A program made the translations under genes and the position numbers. Of a stretch of 64,000 bases of DNA, positions 1 through 10,801 are shown one piece after another. The stretch lies in contig OZ253545.1 of assembly GCA_965262615.1 (NCBI GenBank), positions 448,001 to 512,000 of the forward strand, read 5' to 3'. The number at the start of each line of letters is the position of its first letter. Position 1 is the stretch's first letter. Below the pieces are notes generated by a model. The model did no database searches. It was not told the origin of the DNA and saw nothing but the letters and a program-made list of their open reading frames with translations. Source of the stretch: Alphaproteobacteria bacterium. Lineage in GTDB: Bacteria; Pseudomonadota; Alphaproteobacteria; GM7ARS4; G965262615.

Positions 1-440
1 GGCAGGGATAAATCATTGACACGCTTGGGTGCGGTGAATGACAAACCCGCCAGATGAAAGCGCGCCAGCAGCTGTCCCACATCATGACAGTGACGGGGGG
101 TGACACAAGTCACACCCGTTCCTTGCAAAAAATTGGTGATGGCACACGGTTTGTCGGCAATGTGATGAAGCGTCCTGCCCTCGCGCGTGGCAATGGCAAT
201 GGGGCAGGGAATGGATTGGTGATGCAGGTGATTCATCACATCATGAAAAAAAGGCAAATGCTGCAAAGAGGTGCGCCCTTCATAGATGGTCAAAATGTAG
301 CGAGACTGGTCGGTGATGAGATGATAATTGGTGTTTTCAACACCCTCATGAATGCCCTCAAATGAGACAAGACTGCCGATGTCATAATTCGCCAGTAAGT
401 GAGTGAGTTCATTTTCAAAAATGGGAGTGTAGATAGCCAT
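1..440 (-). CDS. thrB: Homoserine kinase type II (APH-like fold), runs off the window start
   Basis: Manual minus-strand translation from ATG at 440: MAIYTPIFENELTHLLANYDIGSLVSFEGIHEGVENTNYHLITDQSRYILTIYEGR, matching the MAVYT...G.EN(S/T)NY...YILT.YE N-terminus of alphaproteobacterial ThrB. Absent from the ORF track because it has no stop inside the window. Confidence 0.88.
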   Translation of the reverse strand, partial: MAIYTPIFENELTHLLANYDIGSLVSFEGIHEGVENTNYHLITDQSRYILTIYEGRTSLQHLPFFHDVMNHLHHQSIPCPIAIATREGRTLHHIADKPCAITNFLQGTGVTCVTPRHCHDVGQLLARFHLAGLSFTAPKRVNDLSL

Positions 441-443
441 CAA

Positions 444-1172
444 TCACAGAGGCGAGTTATAGTCTTCTAGTTCGCTGGTGAAATAATTCGTGCCGTAGAG
501 TTCGCTGAAGGTTTTTTCGATGCGGTGCATTTTGACCATGCCCACATTGGGGGCGTACCACTCTTCGCTGGTGACTTCCACCTGCTCGGTTCCACTGCCG
601 CGCGTGGTGCTAAAAGAAGTCGCGCCTGTGCCGATAATATGCAGACAATTGGAGAATTCTCCTGCCGCCACCCGCACGGTGGCATCACGACTCACCACTC
701 TATAGTTCAGAGGCACAATGAGCTTGACCGATTCATTAAACAGGGGTTTTTCGCGAATGATAATGTAGGTGGTATCAATGATAGACCATGTGCTGTTTTC
801 ATCAAGATTGGTCGCCATGACGGTGCGCGCCCCCTCCTCCCACTGCGGCATCCCACTGGGACGCTTCTGCAACGCCACTCTTTGAATGGCGTGATGGTCG
901 TGACTGTAATAATAGATGAGTCCATTTTCGTGCAAAATGGGGGTGGCATTGAGTGAGTCGCCATTGGGGCGCGTGAGGGTGACCTCATCAAGGCTCATCC
1001 GCACGCTTTTATAGTTCTCGGTGGGGCTATATTGGGGCGCAAAGGTGATGCGATAGTGCCACTCATAGCCGGCGGTGAGGGGGAAATAAGCCGCCTCATG
1101 ACGCACCAACAGCACCACAAGAGGCACTGCCAGCAGCCACAAAAAACGCGCATTATTTTTCAGGAAGGACAT
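444..1172 (-). CDS. Exported/membrane-anchored beta-rich hypothetical protein (DUF3108/TapB-like pattern)
   Basis: C-terminal part of ORF 444..1559. Likely start MSFLKNNARFLWLL at 1172 gives an N-terminal hydrophobic segment. Motifs YFPL..G..W.Y, V.VAAGEF..C and EWYAPNVGMVK. Confidence 0.6.
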   Translation of the reverse strand: MSFLKNNARFLWLLAVPLVVLLVRHEAAYFPLTAGYEWHYRITFAPQYSPTENYKSVRMSLDEVTLTRPNGDSLNATPILHENGLIYYYSHDHHAIQRVALQKRPSGMPQWEEGARTVMATNLDENSTWSIIDTTYIIIREKPLFNESVKLIVPLNYRVVSRDATVRVAAGEFSNCLHIIGTGATSFSTTRGSGTEQVEVTSEEWYAPNVGMVKMHRIEKTFSELYGTNYFTSELEDYNSPL

Positions 1173-1668
1173 AGACGGGAAGATCATGGAACGATAGTTG
1201 AGGGGTTGCTTGAATGACATTCTGGTCGGTGATGCGTCCTTCTTGCATGCCGATGCGGGGTTTGTTTTCACCCATTTGCGGCTGTCCATTGGATATTTTT
1301 TGCAGAGCGTGGGCGACCTCTTGGTGTAACAATTCATCATAACGCAGGCTGTAGGAGCGAGGCTGGGTGTGACCGACACGCTCATCCATGTCGGTGATCC
1401 ACAAATAGACCGCGCCATCGTCTCCCGTGATGGAATTGGGCTCTTGAATTTCCGCCGCCACCAGACGAAAACGCGGCGGCAATGCGTCCGGCACGGGCCA
1501 GCCGCGCACCGCGAGTTGCGTCTCATAGTGAATGCCGTAAAACAGTGACAACAGAGCAATCAATGATGCTTTTTTCATCGCCGACCAATCGCTCTCCAGC
1601 AGCAAAAACAAAACAATTGCCGCCATGATGAGATAGCTGGTGATGAGTCCAAAAAACGAGAGTGTCAT
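1153..1668 (-). CDS. Hypothetical membrane protein (2 N-terminal TM helices plus soluble domain)
   Basis: 171 aa ORF with two hydrophobic segments, then GWP...P.RF...EP...VYLWI...PRSY. Overlaps both neighbours. Confidence 0.7.
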   Translation of the reverse strand: MTLSFFGLITSYLIMAAIVLFLLLESDWSAMKKASLIALLSLFYGIHYETQLAVRGWPVPDALPPRFRLVAAEIQEPNSITGDDGAVYLWITDMDERVGHTQPRSYSLRYDELLHQEVAHALQKISNGQPQMGENKPRIGMQEGRITDQNVIQATPQLSFHDLPVYVLPEK

Positions 1669-2273
1669 GATGGCAAATCCGGAGCGTACGAGACCAGTTG
1701 TTTTTCAAGAAAGTTCAAGTCCAACATAGCACCATTTCCACTGAGGGTGAAACGAAAAGCTGTTTTTTCTGCTCCTGTGCGCTCAAGGGTGACGGTGTCA
1801 TAATGGAGCACCTGAAGGGCGGGATTGACTCGTTCCAGCTTGACGGTCACCTCCACGGGCTCTTTGGTCTCCGACATGTAATAGTGGACATTGACCACAT
1901 ACTCGCCAGGCACAACGCCTCGCAGGGTGACGATTTCTTGATTGAGTTCATTGATGATGGTGGTTTCATTGTGTGTGGTGGCATCAAAGAGTTTTCCGCG
2001 ATCGTCACGGTCAAGATGGAGCAATCCGCCTTCTTTGTTGCGATACCAGATGAGGTCTCCTTGGGGCCCTTGCACCCACAGGTCAATATCGTCGGGGCTA
2101 CCGTCTTGCCAGGTGACCGAGATGATGTATTCGGCTTTGCGCTCCACATTGCCTCTGGTGACGATGGGATTCATGAAGATGACGGCGATAAAAAACAGGA
2201 AAGTGAATCCCATAAGGGCATTGAAAAGCAAATCGGTAAAGGGATCGCTGCGAATACGACGATGAGCGCGCAT
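1665..2273 (-). CDS. Single-TM protein with MotB/ExbD-like N-terminal Asp-containing helix and YfaP/DUF2135-like periplasmic domain
   Basis: N-terminus PFTDLLFNALMGFTFLFFIAVIFM; soluble part has W...DDIDLWV..P.G, LDRDD.G, E.VTL...PGEY.VNVHYY. Confidence 0.65.
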   Translation of the reverse strand: MRAHRRIRSDPFTDLLFNALMGFTFLFFIAVIFMNPIVTRGNVERKAEYIISVTWQDGSPDDIDLWVQGPQGDLIWYRNKEGGLLHLDRDDRGKLFDATTHNETTIINELNQEIVTLRGVVPGEYVVNVHYYMSETKEPVEVTVKLERVNPALQVLHYDTVTLERTGAEKTAFRFTLSGNGAMLDLNFLEKQLVSYAPDLPS

Positions 2274-2275
2274 GG

Positions 2276-2815
2276 CTATGACGAGGGTTGCGTGGCGATG
2301 AAATGATGGGTGATGCTTTCAAGAATGTAGTATTGTGCGCTTAAGAAGATGGCGGCGAGCAATCCGGTGAGGGTGGTATAGAGGGCGATGCCCATGCCTG
2401 CGCCCATGTCGGTCATGAGTTTTTGGGCGATTTCAATGTCAAGGCGCGTGATGGAAGCAAGGGATGACAGCATGAAGATAAAGCCCACAACCGTGCCCAG
2501 CAGTCCCAATTTGACGAGCACATCAACGATGAACCAGCCGAGTTCATAATGGTCATGAAGGTCGGTGTTGCTGTAGGGAAGTTGCAGGCGGTGATGATGA
2601 ATGGCGCGCGCCATCGTATAAATATGAAAGCCGCAATGCACCGTCATGGCGGTAAAAAGAATCATGATGACCACAGAAATATGACTGCGGTCGGCAATGA
2701 GCAGTGTGGTGAGCCATCCCTCGCGCCAGCAAATCCACAGGGCAAACACGGTGAATCCCAGCAAGCTCATCCAGAGGAGAAAGGGATGATAGTTAGGGCG
2801 CGCGATGGTTTTCAT
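2276..2815 (-). CDS. MotA/TolQ/ExbB proton-channel family protein (short)
   Basis: Hallmark helices LGLLGTVVGFIFML and GMGIALYTTLTGL; 179 aa; about 4 hydrophobic segments. Confidence 0.8.
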   Translation of the reverse strand: MKTIARPNYHPFLLWMSLLGFTVFALWICWREGWLTTLLIADRSHISVVIMILFTAMTVHCGFHIYTMARAIHHHRLQLPYSNTDLHDHYELGWFIVDVLVKLGLLGTVVGFIFMLSSLASITRLDIEIAQKLMTDMGAGMGIALYTTLTGLLAAIFLSAQYYILESITHHFIATQPSS

Positions 2816-3776
2816 GAGTCATAGTCCAAAGAGCCAGAGTGAAGGCGGCAACACCGCCCGCTTGATGAATGATAGCCAAAGAAGGCATGGCAGACAACAG
2901 CACGGTGGCAACGCCCAGGCTCCATTGCAGGGTCACAATGATTGCCGTCGTGACCACAAGGGGATGGCGCAGTTTCCACACGCCATACCAAGCCCACAGG
3001 AGGGTGACGGTGGCAATCATGCGATGGAGCCACTGCCATAGGACGGGGTTTTCTTTGAGATTGAGCCACAGTGGTGTGAGGGCAAAGGCATCATGAGGAA
3101 GAAACGCGCCGTTCATGAGGGGAAAGGTGTTGTAGATGGTGCCGCCGTGCAGTCCAGCGACAAAGCTGCCTGCCACCATGGTGATGAACACCAGCAATGT
3201 CAATGTGATGAGGACAGCTGGCGGTCTGGTGCAGGGGCGCGCGGTCAGCAGCAACAACGATAAAATGGTCAACGCCAATGAGAAATGCAAAGCCAGACGC
3301 AGATGACTCACTTGAGGTTCATGGATGAGCCCGCTTTGCACCATCCACCATCCCACCCACGCTTGCAGCGCGCCCAACGCAAGAGTGCAAGACAGCAACA
3401 CATATTCTCGCTTTGTGAGCATGTTTTTGGTGAGGAAAAATAAAAAGGGCACTAAAAAAACAATCCCCAAAAGGCGTCCCCACATGCGATGACCGTATTC
3501 AACGAGATAAATCAACTGAAATTCGGCAAGGCTCATGGAGCGATTGACCAACTGATATTCGGGGTATTGTTGGTAGATGGCGAATGCGTCAAGCCACTGG
3601 GCGTGAGAGAGTGGCGGCAGGATTCCCGTGATGGGATGCCAGCTGGTCATGGAGAGTCCCGAGCCCGATAGGCGCGTGATGCCGCCGATGAGAATCATCA
3701 GCACCACCATGCCGGCACACACATAGAGCCAGTGGCGCATCGAGCGCGAGATGGGGGAGGCGGTGAAAAATGTCAT
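2793..3776 (-). CDS. ctaA: Heme A synthase, COX15/CtaA type 2
   Basis: GGITRLSGSGLSMTSW, EYGHRMWGR, QAWVGWWMVQSGL, RLALH, HR and HQ motifs. Start trimmed to MTFFTAS at 3776. Confidence 0.93.
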   Translation of the reverse strand: MTFFTASPISRSMRHWLYVCAGMVVLMILIGGITRLSGSGLSMTSWHPITGILPPLSHAQWLDAFAIYQQYPEYQLVNRSMSLAEFQLIYLVEYGHRMWGRLLGIVFLVPFLFFLTKNMLTKREYVLLSCTLALGALQAWVGWWMVQSGLIHEPQVSHLRLALHFSLALTILSLLLLTARPCTRPPAVLITLTLLVFITMVAGSFVAGLHGGTIYNTFPLMNGAFLPHDAFALTPLWLNLKENPVLWQWLHRMIATVTLLWAWYGVWKLRHPLVVTTAIIVTLQWSLGVATVLLSAMPSLAIIHQAGGVAAFTLALWTMTHENHRAP

Positions 3777-3867
3777 AACAACAATTATGCTCTTTTGGAC
3801 GATGTTTTGGCAAGACTCACAAATAACATTATTTTGTTGTGAATATATCTTTTTACACATTTTTCCA

Positions 3868-3896
3868 TTGACAATAGAAGCACATTTTTTTAGATT
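3868..3896 (+). promoter_or_regulatory. Putative sigma70 promoter of the cysH operon (probably leaderless)
   Basis: TTGACA (3868-3873), 17-nt spacer, TAGATT (3891-3896); the cysH ATG follows 6 nt later with no SD sequence. Confidence 0.6.
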
Positions 3897-3902
3897 GGCG
3901 CG

Positions 3903-4637
3903 ATGGCTCATTCTGCTTCCAATGACGCACTTGCGGCGCGTGCGCGTGATCTCAAAACTCGCTATGGCTCTTTGCAGGGAGAGGCATTGTTGCGTCCGTT
4001 GATTGAGAAGGAACTGCATGGACGGGTGGCTTTGACTTCCTCGTTTGGAGCGGAATCGGCGGTGTTGCTTCATATGGTGGCGCGCATTGATCAGAATGTG
4101 CCGATTATTTTTCTGGACACGGGAAAATTATTTGAAGAGACTTACAACTATGTCTCGTTATTGGCGGGTCATTTGGGTTTGACGGCGTTGCGGATTATTC
4201 GTCCGGACAATGAGGATTTGACTCGTGAGGATGCTCAAGGAGACTTATGGAATAGAGATCCCAATCGCTGCTGTCATATTCGCAAAGTGTTGCCCCTTGA
4301 GCGACTGTTTGCGAGTGGTGCGTATGATGCGTGGATTACAGGACGCAAACGCTATCACGGTGATATGCGTTTGCATCTGGAGACCATTGAGTATGTGGAG
4401 GGAAAGATTAAAATCAATCCACTGGTGCATTGGGGAGGTGAGGATATTCGGGCGGCATTTTTGCAATATGGTTTGCCGTTGCATCCGTTGGTGGGTCAGG
4501 GATACCCGTCTATTGGCTGTCATCACTGCACCCATAAGGTGGAAGAGGGTGATGACCCTCGTTCGGGACGATGGAAGGGATTGGAGAAAACCGAGTGCGG
4601 CATTCATCGCGCGTCATGGGCAAAGAAGGCATCATGA
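3903..4637 (+). CDS. cysH: (P)APS reductase, [4Fe-4S]-type (APS reductase-like)
   Basis: SSFG, DTG, RCCHIRKV, GYPSIGCHHCT, RSGRW and C-terminal ECGIH. Confidence 0.93.
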   Translation: MAHSASNDALAARARDLKTRYGSLQGEALLRPLIEKELHGRVALTSSFGAESAVLLHMVARIDQNVPIIFLDTGKLFEETYNYVSLLAGHLGLTALRIIRPDNEDLTREDAQGDLWNRDPNRCCHIRKVLPLERLFASGAYDAWITGRKRYHGDMRLHLETIEYVEGKIKINPLVHWGGEDIRAAFLQYGLPLHPLVGQGYPSIGCHHCTHKVEEGDDPRSGRWKGLEKTECGIHRASWAKKAS

Positions 4638-5428
4638 ATCATTTAGAGCGACTGGAGCAAGAGAGCATATTCATTTTGCGGGAGGCGTATCATGCCTTTG
4701 ACAAGATGGCGATGTTGTGGTCACTGGGCAAGGATTCCAATGTGATGCTTTGGCTTGCGCGCAAAGCTTTTTTTGGCACGATTCCATTTCCCGTGGTGCA
4801 TGTGGATACCGGCAAGAAGTTCAAGGAGATGTATGCGTTTCGCGATCGCTACGCTGATGAGTGGCGGTTGGATTTGATTGTGCGGGATTGTCCCGATGTA
4901 TTGGCGGCGGATCGTCATCTGCCGCCTGCGGCAAAATCGGCGGCGCGCAAGACGGCAGGATTGCGAGCGGCACTGCAGGAATTTCAGTGGGATGCGGTGA
5001 TTGCGGGTATTCGGCGCGATGAACAAGGCACGCGCGCTAAGGAACGGTTTTTCTCGCCACGCCAAAAGGATGGCTCGTGGGATGTGCGTCATCAGCCACC
5101 GGAATTTTGGGACCACTATCATACGGAATTTCCCAGTGGCACACATGTGCGGGTGCATCCGTTGCTCAGTTGGCATGAGATTGATATCTGGCGTTATGTT
5201 GCCCAAGAGCACATTCCTGTGGTGCCGCTGTATTTTGCTCGTGACGGCAAACGCTACCGCTCACTGGGGGATGAGGATATCACAGAAGCGGTGGCGAGTG
5301 AGGCATCCACTCTGGAGGAGATTATTGCCGAATTGGAAGAGACGCGCGTGCCAGAGCGCGCGGGACGCAAGATGGATCACGAGCGCGAGGATTCTTTTGA
5401 GCGTCTGCGGGCGACAGGATATTTGTGA
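4634..5428 (+). CDS. cysD: Sulfate adenylyltransferase subunit 2
   Basis: [25 protein letters not shown]-loop, RRDE..RAKER.FS, ends GYL. ATGA overlap with cysH. Confidence 0.95.
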   Translation: MNHLERLEQESIFILREAYHAFDKMAMLWSLGKDSNVMLWLARKAFFGTIPFPVVHVDTGKKFKEMYAFRDRYADEWRLDLIVRDCPDVLAADRHLPPAAKSAARKTAGLRAALQEFQWDAVIAGIRRDEQGTRAKERFFSPRQKDGSWDVRHQPPEFWDHYHTEFPSGTHVRVHPLLSWHEIDIWRYVAQEHIPVVPLYFARDGKRYRSLGDEDITEAVASEASTLEEIIAELEETRVPERAGRKMDHEREDSFERLRATGYL

Positions 5429-7272
5429 TGACGGCAGCAGATATGGTGCGGGTGGTGATGGTGGGGCATGTGGATCATGGCAAATCGACTCTGTTGGGGC
5501 GACTGTTTTATGAGACCGATGCGCTTGCCGAAGGACGCTATGAAGCCATTCAAGAGATGTGCCGGCGGCGCGGCATGCCCTTTGAGTGGGCGTTTTTGAC
5601 CGATGCCTTGCAGGCAGAGCGCGATCAGGGCATCACCATTGACACCACACAGATTGCGTTCAAGACGCGTACGCGCCCCTACATGCTGATTGATGCGCCG
5701 GGGCATCTGGAGTTTTTACGCAACATGATCACGGGAGCCGCCACCAGCGATGCGGCTTTTTTGTTGATTGATGCCAAAGAGGGAATTCAGCAACAGACAC
5801 GCCGCCATGCGCGCCTTTTGGCAATGCTGGCGGTGGAGCAGTTTTTTGTGGTGATGAATAAAATGGACTTGGTCAATTTTGACCAAAAAATCTATCGGCA
5901 ATTAAAATCTGAGATGGAAGTGATTTTGCACGAACTGGGCATGACGGCGCGCGGCTTTATTCCAGTGTCGGCTCGTGAGGGTGATGGGGTGGCGGCGGCA
6001 TCAAAGCGTATGAGTTGGTATCAAGGCAAGAATTTGTTGACGGCACTGGATGATTTTGCGCCGCCGCGCGGCAAAGAAAAATTGCCGCTGCGTCTGATGG
6101 TTCAGGATATCTATAAGTTTGACGAACGGCGCATTATTGCAGGACGGGTTGAGCAAGGCACGGTTCGTGTGGGCGATGAGGTGTTGTTTTTGCCCAGTGG
6201 CTTGCAGGGCACGGTGCATCGTTTGGAGCAATGGTCGTCCGGCAAGACCGAGCCTTTGCAGCGGGTGCGTGCGGGCGGTTGTTTTGGCATGACGCTGCGG
6301 CAGCAGATTTTTGTGGAACGCGGGCATATTGGGTGTCACAAAAAAGACTCGCCCGCTCTGACTCATGAATTGACGGCGCGACTTTTTTGGCTGAGCAAAG
6401 AGCCGTTGCGGCAGGGGGCTTGTTATGATGCCGTGTTTGGAACGGCACGCCATCAAGTGGAGGTGCTGGATATTTATGATTACGATGAGACGGGACAGAA
6501 AGCATCATCGGCGGTGGCACAGCTGCCGACCCATGCCATTGCCGATGTGCGTCTGCGCAGCACGGGCTATGTGGTGTATGACCACGGGGCGCGCTTTATT
6601 GTGCGCGACGGCTATGAGATTGCGGGGGGCGGATTGGTTTTGGACGGCGTGTCATTGCCTCAGCAACATGGTGAAAAGAAGCATATTTTTGTGGCACACA
6701 CACGGGTGAAGGATGACGACCGTCACAAGCGCAATGGTCATAAGGGCGGCGTTTTCTGGCTGACGGGATTATCCGGTTCGGGCAAGAGCACCATTGCCAC
6801 CGAATTGGAGCGACAGTTGTTTGTGAAGGGATATCAGGTGTTCATGCTGGATGGGGACAATTTGCGCCATGGATTGAATGAAGATTTGGATTTTAGTGCG
6901 GCATCACGGCGAGAGAACATTCGCCGTGCCGGTGCGGTGGCGGCATTGATGGAGCAGGCGGGCATGGTGGTGCTGGCGGCATTCATCTCGCCCTATCGGG
7001 ATGATCGCATCACGGCGCGGCGGGCGGCACGGTCGTTTCATGAAATTTACATCAAAGCCTCGCTGGATACCTGTGAGGCGCGCGATCCCAAAGGACTCTA
7101 TCAAAAGGCGCGCGCGGGCGATATTACTGACTTTACCGGCATTTCCGCGCCCTATGAAGCACCTGAAAATCCCGAATGCATCGTGGACAGCGACCAATGG
7201 ACGGTGGAACAATCGGTGGGAGAATTGATGGCGTATATTGAAAAAAACCTTGATTCGGTGAGGCGGTCATGA
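5425..7272 (+). CDS. cysNC: Bifunctional sulfate adenylyltransferase subunit 1 / adenylylsulfate kinase
   Basis: [23 protein letters not shown] and NKMD (GTPase), plus C-terminal [26 protein letters not shown] (APS kinase). Confidence 0.95.
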   Translation: MMTAADMVRVVMVGHVDHGKSTLLGRLFYETDALAEGRYEAIQEMCRRRGMPFEWAFLTDALQAERDQGITIDTTQIAFKTRTRPYMLIDAPGHLEFLRNMITGAATSDAAFLLIDAKEGIQQQTRRHARLLAMLAVEQFFVVMNKMDLVNFDQKIYRQLKSEMEVILHELGMTARGFIPVSAREGDGVAAASKRMSWYQGKNLLTALDDFAPPRGKEKLPLRLMVQDIYKFDERRIIAGRVEQGTVRVGDEVLFLPSGLQGTVHRLEQWSSGKTEPLQRVRAGGCFGMTLRQQIFVERGHIGCHKKDSPALTHELTARLFWLSKEPLRQGACYDAVFGTARHQVEVLDIYDYDETGQKASSAVAQLPTHAIADVRLRSTGYVVYDHGARFIVRDGYEIAGGGLVLDGVSLPQQHGEKKHIFVAHTRVKDDDRHKRNGHKGGVFWLTGLSGSGKSTIATELERQLFVKGYQVFMLDGDNLRHGLNEDLDFSAASRRENIRRAGAVAALMEQAGMVVLAAFISPYRDDRITARRAARSFHEIYIKASLDTCEARDPKGLYQKARAGDITDFTGISAPYEAPENPECIVDSDQWTVEQSVGELMAYIEKNLDSVRRS

Positions 7273-10200
7273 CGGCACAAAAAAACAAACAGCCCGTCCT
7301 CACATTGTCCTACGGTGTTGATTTTGCCGACCTCTACCAGCAAGAAGGGTTGCAAAAGATTGATGACATTTTTATGGGGGAACTAGAGACAAAGGATGCC
7401 GCTTTGGCATCATCTTTGCGTGGCGCGCGAGCAACGCCTGCCGACTATGAAGGCAAGGAGGGCGCCGAATTATTGTTGGCGGTGGCGGCGCATCTGGATG
7501 ATTTTGTGGCGCGCCTGTTTGCCATTGAAAAAGAGACGGCATCCCTTGCCCATCACCATGCTTCTCATGACGATTTATACACGGTGCGGCGATTGTTCAT
7601 TCAAAAGCAGGCGGTGCGGCGGCATCGTCATGACGAGGTGAAAGACTGGGATGGGGATGTTTTGGCGCGCACCCTCAATGGCTGGATGAAGCAATCGGGG
7701 GCACATGTGGATGAGACTGTTTATGCCCATCATGTTCTGCGATGGCTTGGGGATGAATCTCGCTACGAGGAGGCTCTTGATGCGGCGCGCCGCTATGGCG
7801 CGTGGGCGAGTTTGACGGCGGCGGGACGGCGGCGGCATGAGGGAGATGTGGTTTTTGTGGTGCCGTCACCTGTGGATGCCATGCACAGAGTGGCTTTGTT
7901 GCCTCTGCCCGATGCTCATGGCGCACAAGGGTACGAAAATTCTCATTTACGCTCACGCTTGGGATTTTCTTTGACCGATCAAGGCTATGACACCCGTCAG
8001 GCACTGGCGGAGGTGTCTTATTGCATTTTGTGTCACCATCAGGGCAAGGATTCGTGTTCTAAGGGCTTGGCTGCCAAAAAAGATGAGGAGGGACTCTTTC
8101 ATCGCAATGTTTTTGGCGAAGAGTTGGCGGGGTGTCCTCTTGAGGAGAAAATATCCGAGATGCATGAGGCAAAAAAGAATGCGTTGTCCATCGGGGCATT
8201 GGCGATTGCGTGTGTTGATAATCCCATGCTGGCGGGAACGGGGCATCGCATTTGCAATGACTGCATGAAGGCGTGCATTTATCAAAAACAGGATGCGGTG
8301 GATATTCCTCAGGTGGAATCGCGCGTTCTCAAGGATGTGTTGTCTCTGCCGTGGGGCTTTGAGATTTATTCGCTGCTGACTCGTTGGAATCCTCTCAATT
8401 ATGCTCGTCCTGTGCCTCGCCGTGCCAGTGGTTATAAGGTTTTGGTGGTGGGACTGGGTCCTGCGGGCTACACGCTGGCACACCACCTGATGAATGACGG
8501 ACACGATGTGGTGGCGGTGGATGGTCTTAAGATTGAACCGTTGCCCTCTCATTTGAACGGGGTTTGTCATGATGGTACGCGCGTCGCCTTTGAACCCATC
8601 CATGATGTGTCCGCATGGCAAGAAGACCTAGATGAGCGGGTGAGTGCGGGCTTTGGCGGCGTTGCCGAATATGGCATCACTTCTCGTTGGGATAAGAATT
8701 TTTTGCTGGTTTTGCGTTTGTTGCTGGAGCGGCGCGCCTCGTGTGCCATTTATGGCGGTGTTTTGTTTGGCGGCACACTGACTTTTGCGGATGCCTTTGC
8801 TATGGGGTTTGACCACATTGCCTTGTGCATGGGAGCGGGACGACCCACCGTGCTGGATTTGCCCAATGGTTTGGCGCGCGGGGTGCGTCAGGCATCGGAC
8901 TTTTTGATGGCACTGCAATTGACGGGCGCGGCGCGCAAAGACAGTGTTTCCAATTTGCAATTGCGCCTGCCTGCGGTGGTCATCGGCGGCGGACTGACCG
9001 CCATTGACACGGCGACAGAGGCTTTGGCGTATTATGTGCGTCAATGTTTGAAGTGGCTGCATCGCTATGAGTCATTGGGAGAAAAAGCTCTCGCAAACAT
9101 TTGGGATGAGGAAGAGCGCGCCATCGCCGATGAATGGCTCGCTCACGGGCGCGCTCTGCAAGACGAAATCACCGCCGCACAAAAAGAAGGGCGCGCGCCT
9201 CATTTCACTCCTTTGTTGCGCTCATGGGGTGGTGTCACCATTGCCTATCGTCGGCGCATGGTGGATTCTCCCGCCTATCGCCTGAATCCCGAAGAGGTGG
9301 ATCTCGCCATGGAGGAAGGCATTTCCTTTATGGAATTGGTGTCACCACAGCACATTGAACTGGATGAGTGGGGGCATGCGGCTCGCCTTGATTTAGAAAA
9401 ACAGCGGCTGGATGACAATCACCGTATTCACGGCAGTGGCGAGACAATATCCATTGCCGCCCGCGCCATTCTTGTGGCTGCGGGAACAAAGCCCAACACG
9501 GTGCTTGCCCGTGACACAGACAATGGATTGCAGATGGATGGCAATTATTTTCAATTGCTGGATGATGATGGCAAAGCCAAGAAGGTCACATGGTCTGTCA
9601 AGACTATCGGGGGCGAATACGGCTTTTTGACCTCTCTCAGAGATGATGGGCGCGGGGTGAGTTTTTTCGGTGATTTGCATCCCTCCTTTGCGGGCAATGT
9701 GGTCAAAGCGATGGCATCGGCAAAGCATGGGTATCCTGTGATTGATGGGGTGCTGCGCCGCCGTGCCCCTTGCGGCGATGACTTTGCTCAGCTGCGTCAT
9801 CATTTGGATGACTCTTTGCGGGCGCGTGTGACGCAAGTCAATCGTCTTGCGCCTGCCATTGTGGAGATTGTGGTGCGTGCGCCTCTGGCGGCGCGGCATT
9901 TTCGTCCTGGTCAATTTTATCGGTTGCAGAATTTTGAGTCGTCATTGCATAGCGTCGGTGGCACGCGTCTTGGAATGGAGGCTTTGGCATTAACGGGGGC
10001 ATCGGTGGATTTGCAACAAGGCACTCTTTCCACCATTGTGCTGGAGATGGGCGGCTCATCGGACTTGTGCCGCTCTCTCAAAGCGGGGGATGATGTGGTT
10101 TTGATGGGACCCACCGGCACCCCCACAGAAATTCCTCACGATGAGACTGTGCTGCTGGTGGGGGGCGGATTGGGCAATGCGGTGTTGTTTTCCATTGCCG

Positions 10201-10781
10201 AGGCTTTGCGCGCTCACAATTGTCGTGTGCTTTATTTTGCCGGCTATCGCACCCATGACAGCCGCTACAAAGAGGAACAGATTTTGAAATCGTCCGATGT
10301 GGTGGTCTGGTGCTGTGATGAAGGTGTTTTTTCCACCACGCGCGCTCAAGATAAAAGTTTTCACGGCAATGTTGTGGAAGCCATGATTGCCTATGGCAGT
10401 GGTGATTTGGGCACTGTGACCATTGAGCTCAAGGATGTCACCCGCATGGTTGTGATTGGCTCTGATGCCATGATGGCGGCGGTGGCGTTGGCGCGTCATA
10501 ACGAATTGCGTCCTTTTTTGCGCTGTGACCATCTTGCCATCGGCAGCATCAATTCGCCCATGCAGTGCATGATGAAAGAGATTTGTGCCCAATGTTTGCA
10601 GCGGCATGTGGATCCCGTTAGCGGGGAAGAGCGGGTTGTTTTTTCGTGTTTCAATCAGGATCAGCCTTTGGATCGGGTGGATTTTTCTTGTTTGGCGGCG
10701 CGTTTGCGGCAAAATTCGGTGCAAGAAAAGCTCACCGCTCAATGGTTGGCACGGCAGACGGCTCTTGACATGCACGATTGA
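7269..10781 (+). CDS. Large Fe-S/FAD oxidoreductase: GltD/SudA/NfnL-like module fused to a C-terminal PyrK/SudB/NfnS-like module
   Basis: CILCH...C...[34 protein letters not shown]; then RPGQF, GPTG, GGGLG and the [2Fe-2S] motif [12 protein letters not shown]...C. Confidence 0.85.
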   Translation: MTAQKNKQPVLTLSYGVDFADLYQQEGLQKIDDIFMGELETKDAALASSLRGARATPADYEGKEGAELLLAVAAHLDDFVARLFAIEKETASLAHHHASHDDLYTVRRLFIQKQAVRRHRHDEVKDWDGDVLARTLNGWMKQSGAHVDETVYAHHVLRWLGDESRYEEALDAARRYGAWASLTAAGRRRHEGDVVFVVPSPVDAMHRVALLPLPDAHGAQGYENSHLRSRLGFSLTDQGYDTRQALAEVSYCILCHHQGKDSCSKGLAAKKDEEGLFHRNVFGEELAGCPLEEKISEMHEAKKNALSIGALAIACVDNPMLAGTGHRICNDCMKACIYQKQDAVDIPQVESRVLKDVLSLPWGFEIYSLLTRWNPLNYARPVPRRASGYKVLVVGLGPAGYTLAHHLMNDGHDVVAVDGLKIEPLPSHLNGVCHDGTRVAFEPIHDVSAWQEDLDERVSAGFGGVAEYGITSRWDKNFLLVLRLLLERRASCAIYGGVLFGGTLTFADAFAMGFDHIALCMGAGRPTVLDLPNGLARGVRQASDFLMALQLTGAARKDSVSNLQLRLPAVVIGGGLTAIDTATEALAYYVRQCLKWLHRYESLGEKALANIWDEEERAIADEWLAHGRALQDEITAAQKEGRAPHFTPLLRSWGGVTIAYRRRMVDSPAYRLNPEEVDLAMEEGISFMELVSPQHIELDEWGHAARLDLEKQRLDDNHRIHGSGETISIAARAILVAAGTKPNTVLARDTDNGLQMDGNYFQLLDDDGKAKKVTWSVKTIGGEYGFLTSLRDDGRGVSFFGDLHPSFAGNVVKAMASAKHGYPVIDGVLRRRAPCGDDFAQLRHHLDDSLRARVTQVNRLAPAIVEIVVRAPLAARHFRPGQFYRLQNFESSLHSVGGTRLGMEALALTGASVDLQQGTLSTIVLEMGGSSDLCRSLKAGDDVVLMGPTGTPTEIPHDETVLLVGGGLGNAVLFSIAEALRAHNCRVLYFAGYRTHDSRYKEEQILKSSDVVVWCCDEGVFSTTRAQDKSFHGNVVEAMIAYGSGDLGTVTIELKDVTRMVVIGSDAMMAAVALARHNELRPFLRCDHLAIGSINSPMQCMMKEICAQCLQRHVDPVSGEERVVFSCFNQDQPLDRVDFSCLAARLRQNSVQEKLTAQWLARQTALDMHD

Positions 10782-10792
10782 GCAGACTACAT
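10764..10792 (+). promoter_or_regulatory. Putative RpoH(sigma32)/sigma70-type promoter of groESL
   Basis: CTTGAC at 10764 and ACTACAT at 10786-10792 resemble the alphaproteobacterial CTTG-N17/18-CYTATNT pattern; directly upstream of CIRCE. Confidence 0.55.
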
Positions 10793-10801
10793 AGGGAAGT
10801 G

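Noticed and set aside
54-365. 103-aa plus-strand ORF
   Set aside because: Antisense shadow of thrB, which reads with clear motifs on the minus strand.
1173-1559. N-terminal extension of ORF 444..1559
   Set aside because: Overlaps the 171-aa gene in another frame and has non-protein-like composition; the start was placed at 1172.
3777-4073. Long N-terminal extension of ctaA
   Set aside because: Covers the divergent promoter region and the cysH start; family similarity begins only after 3776.
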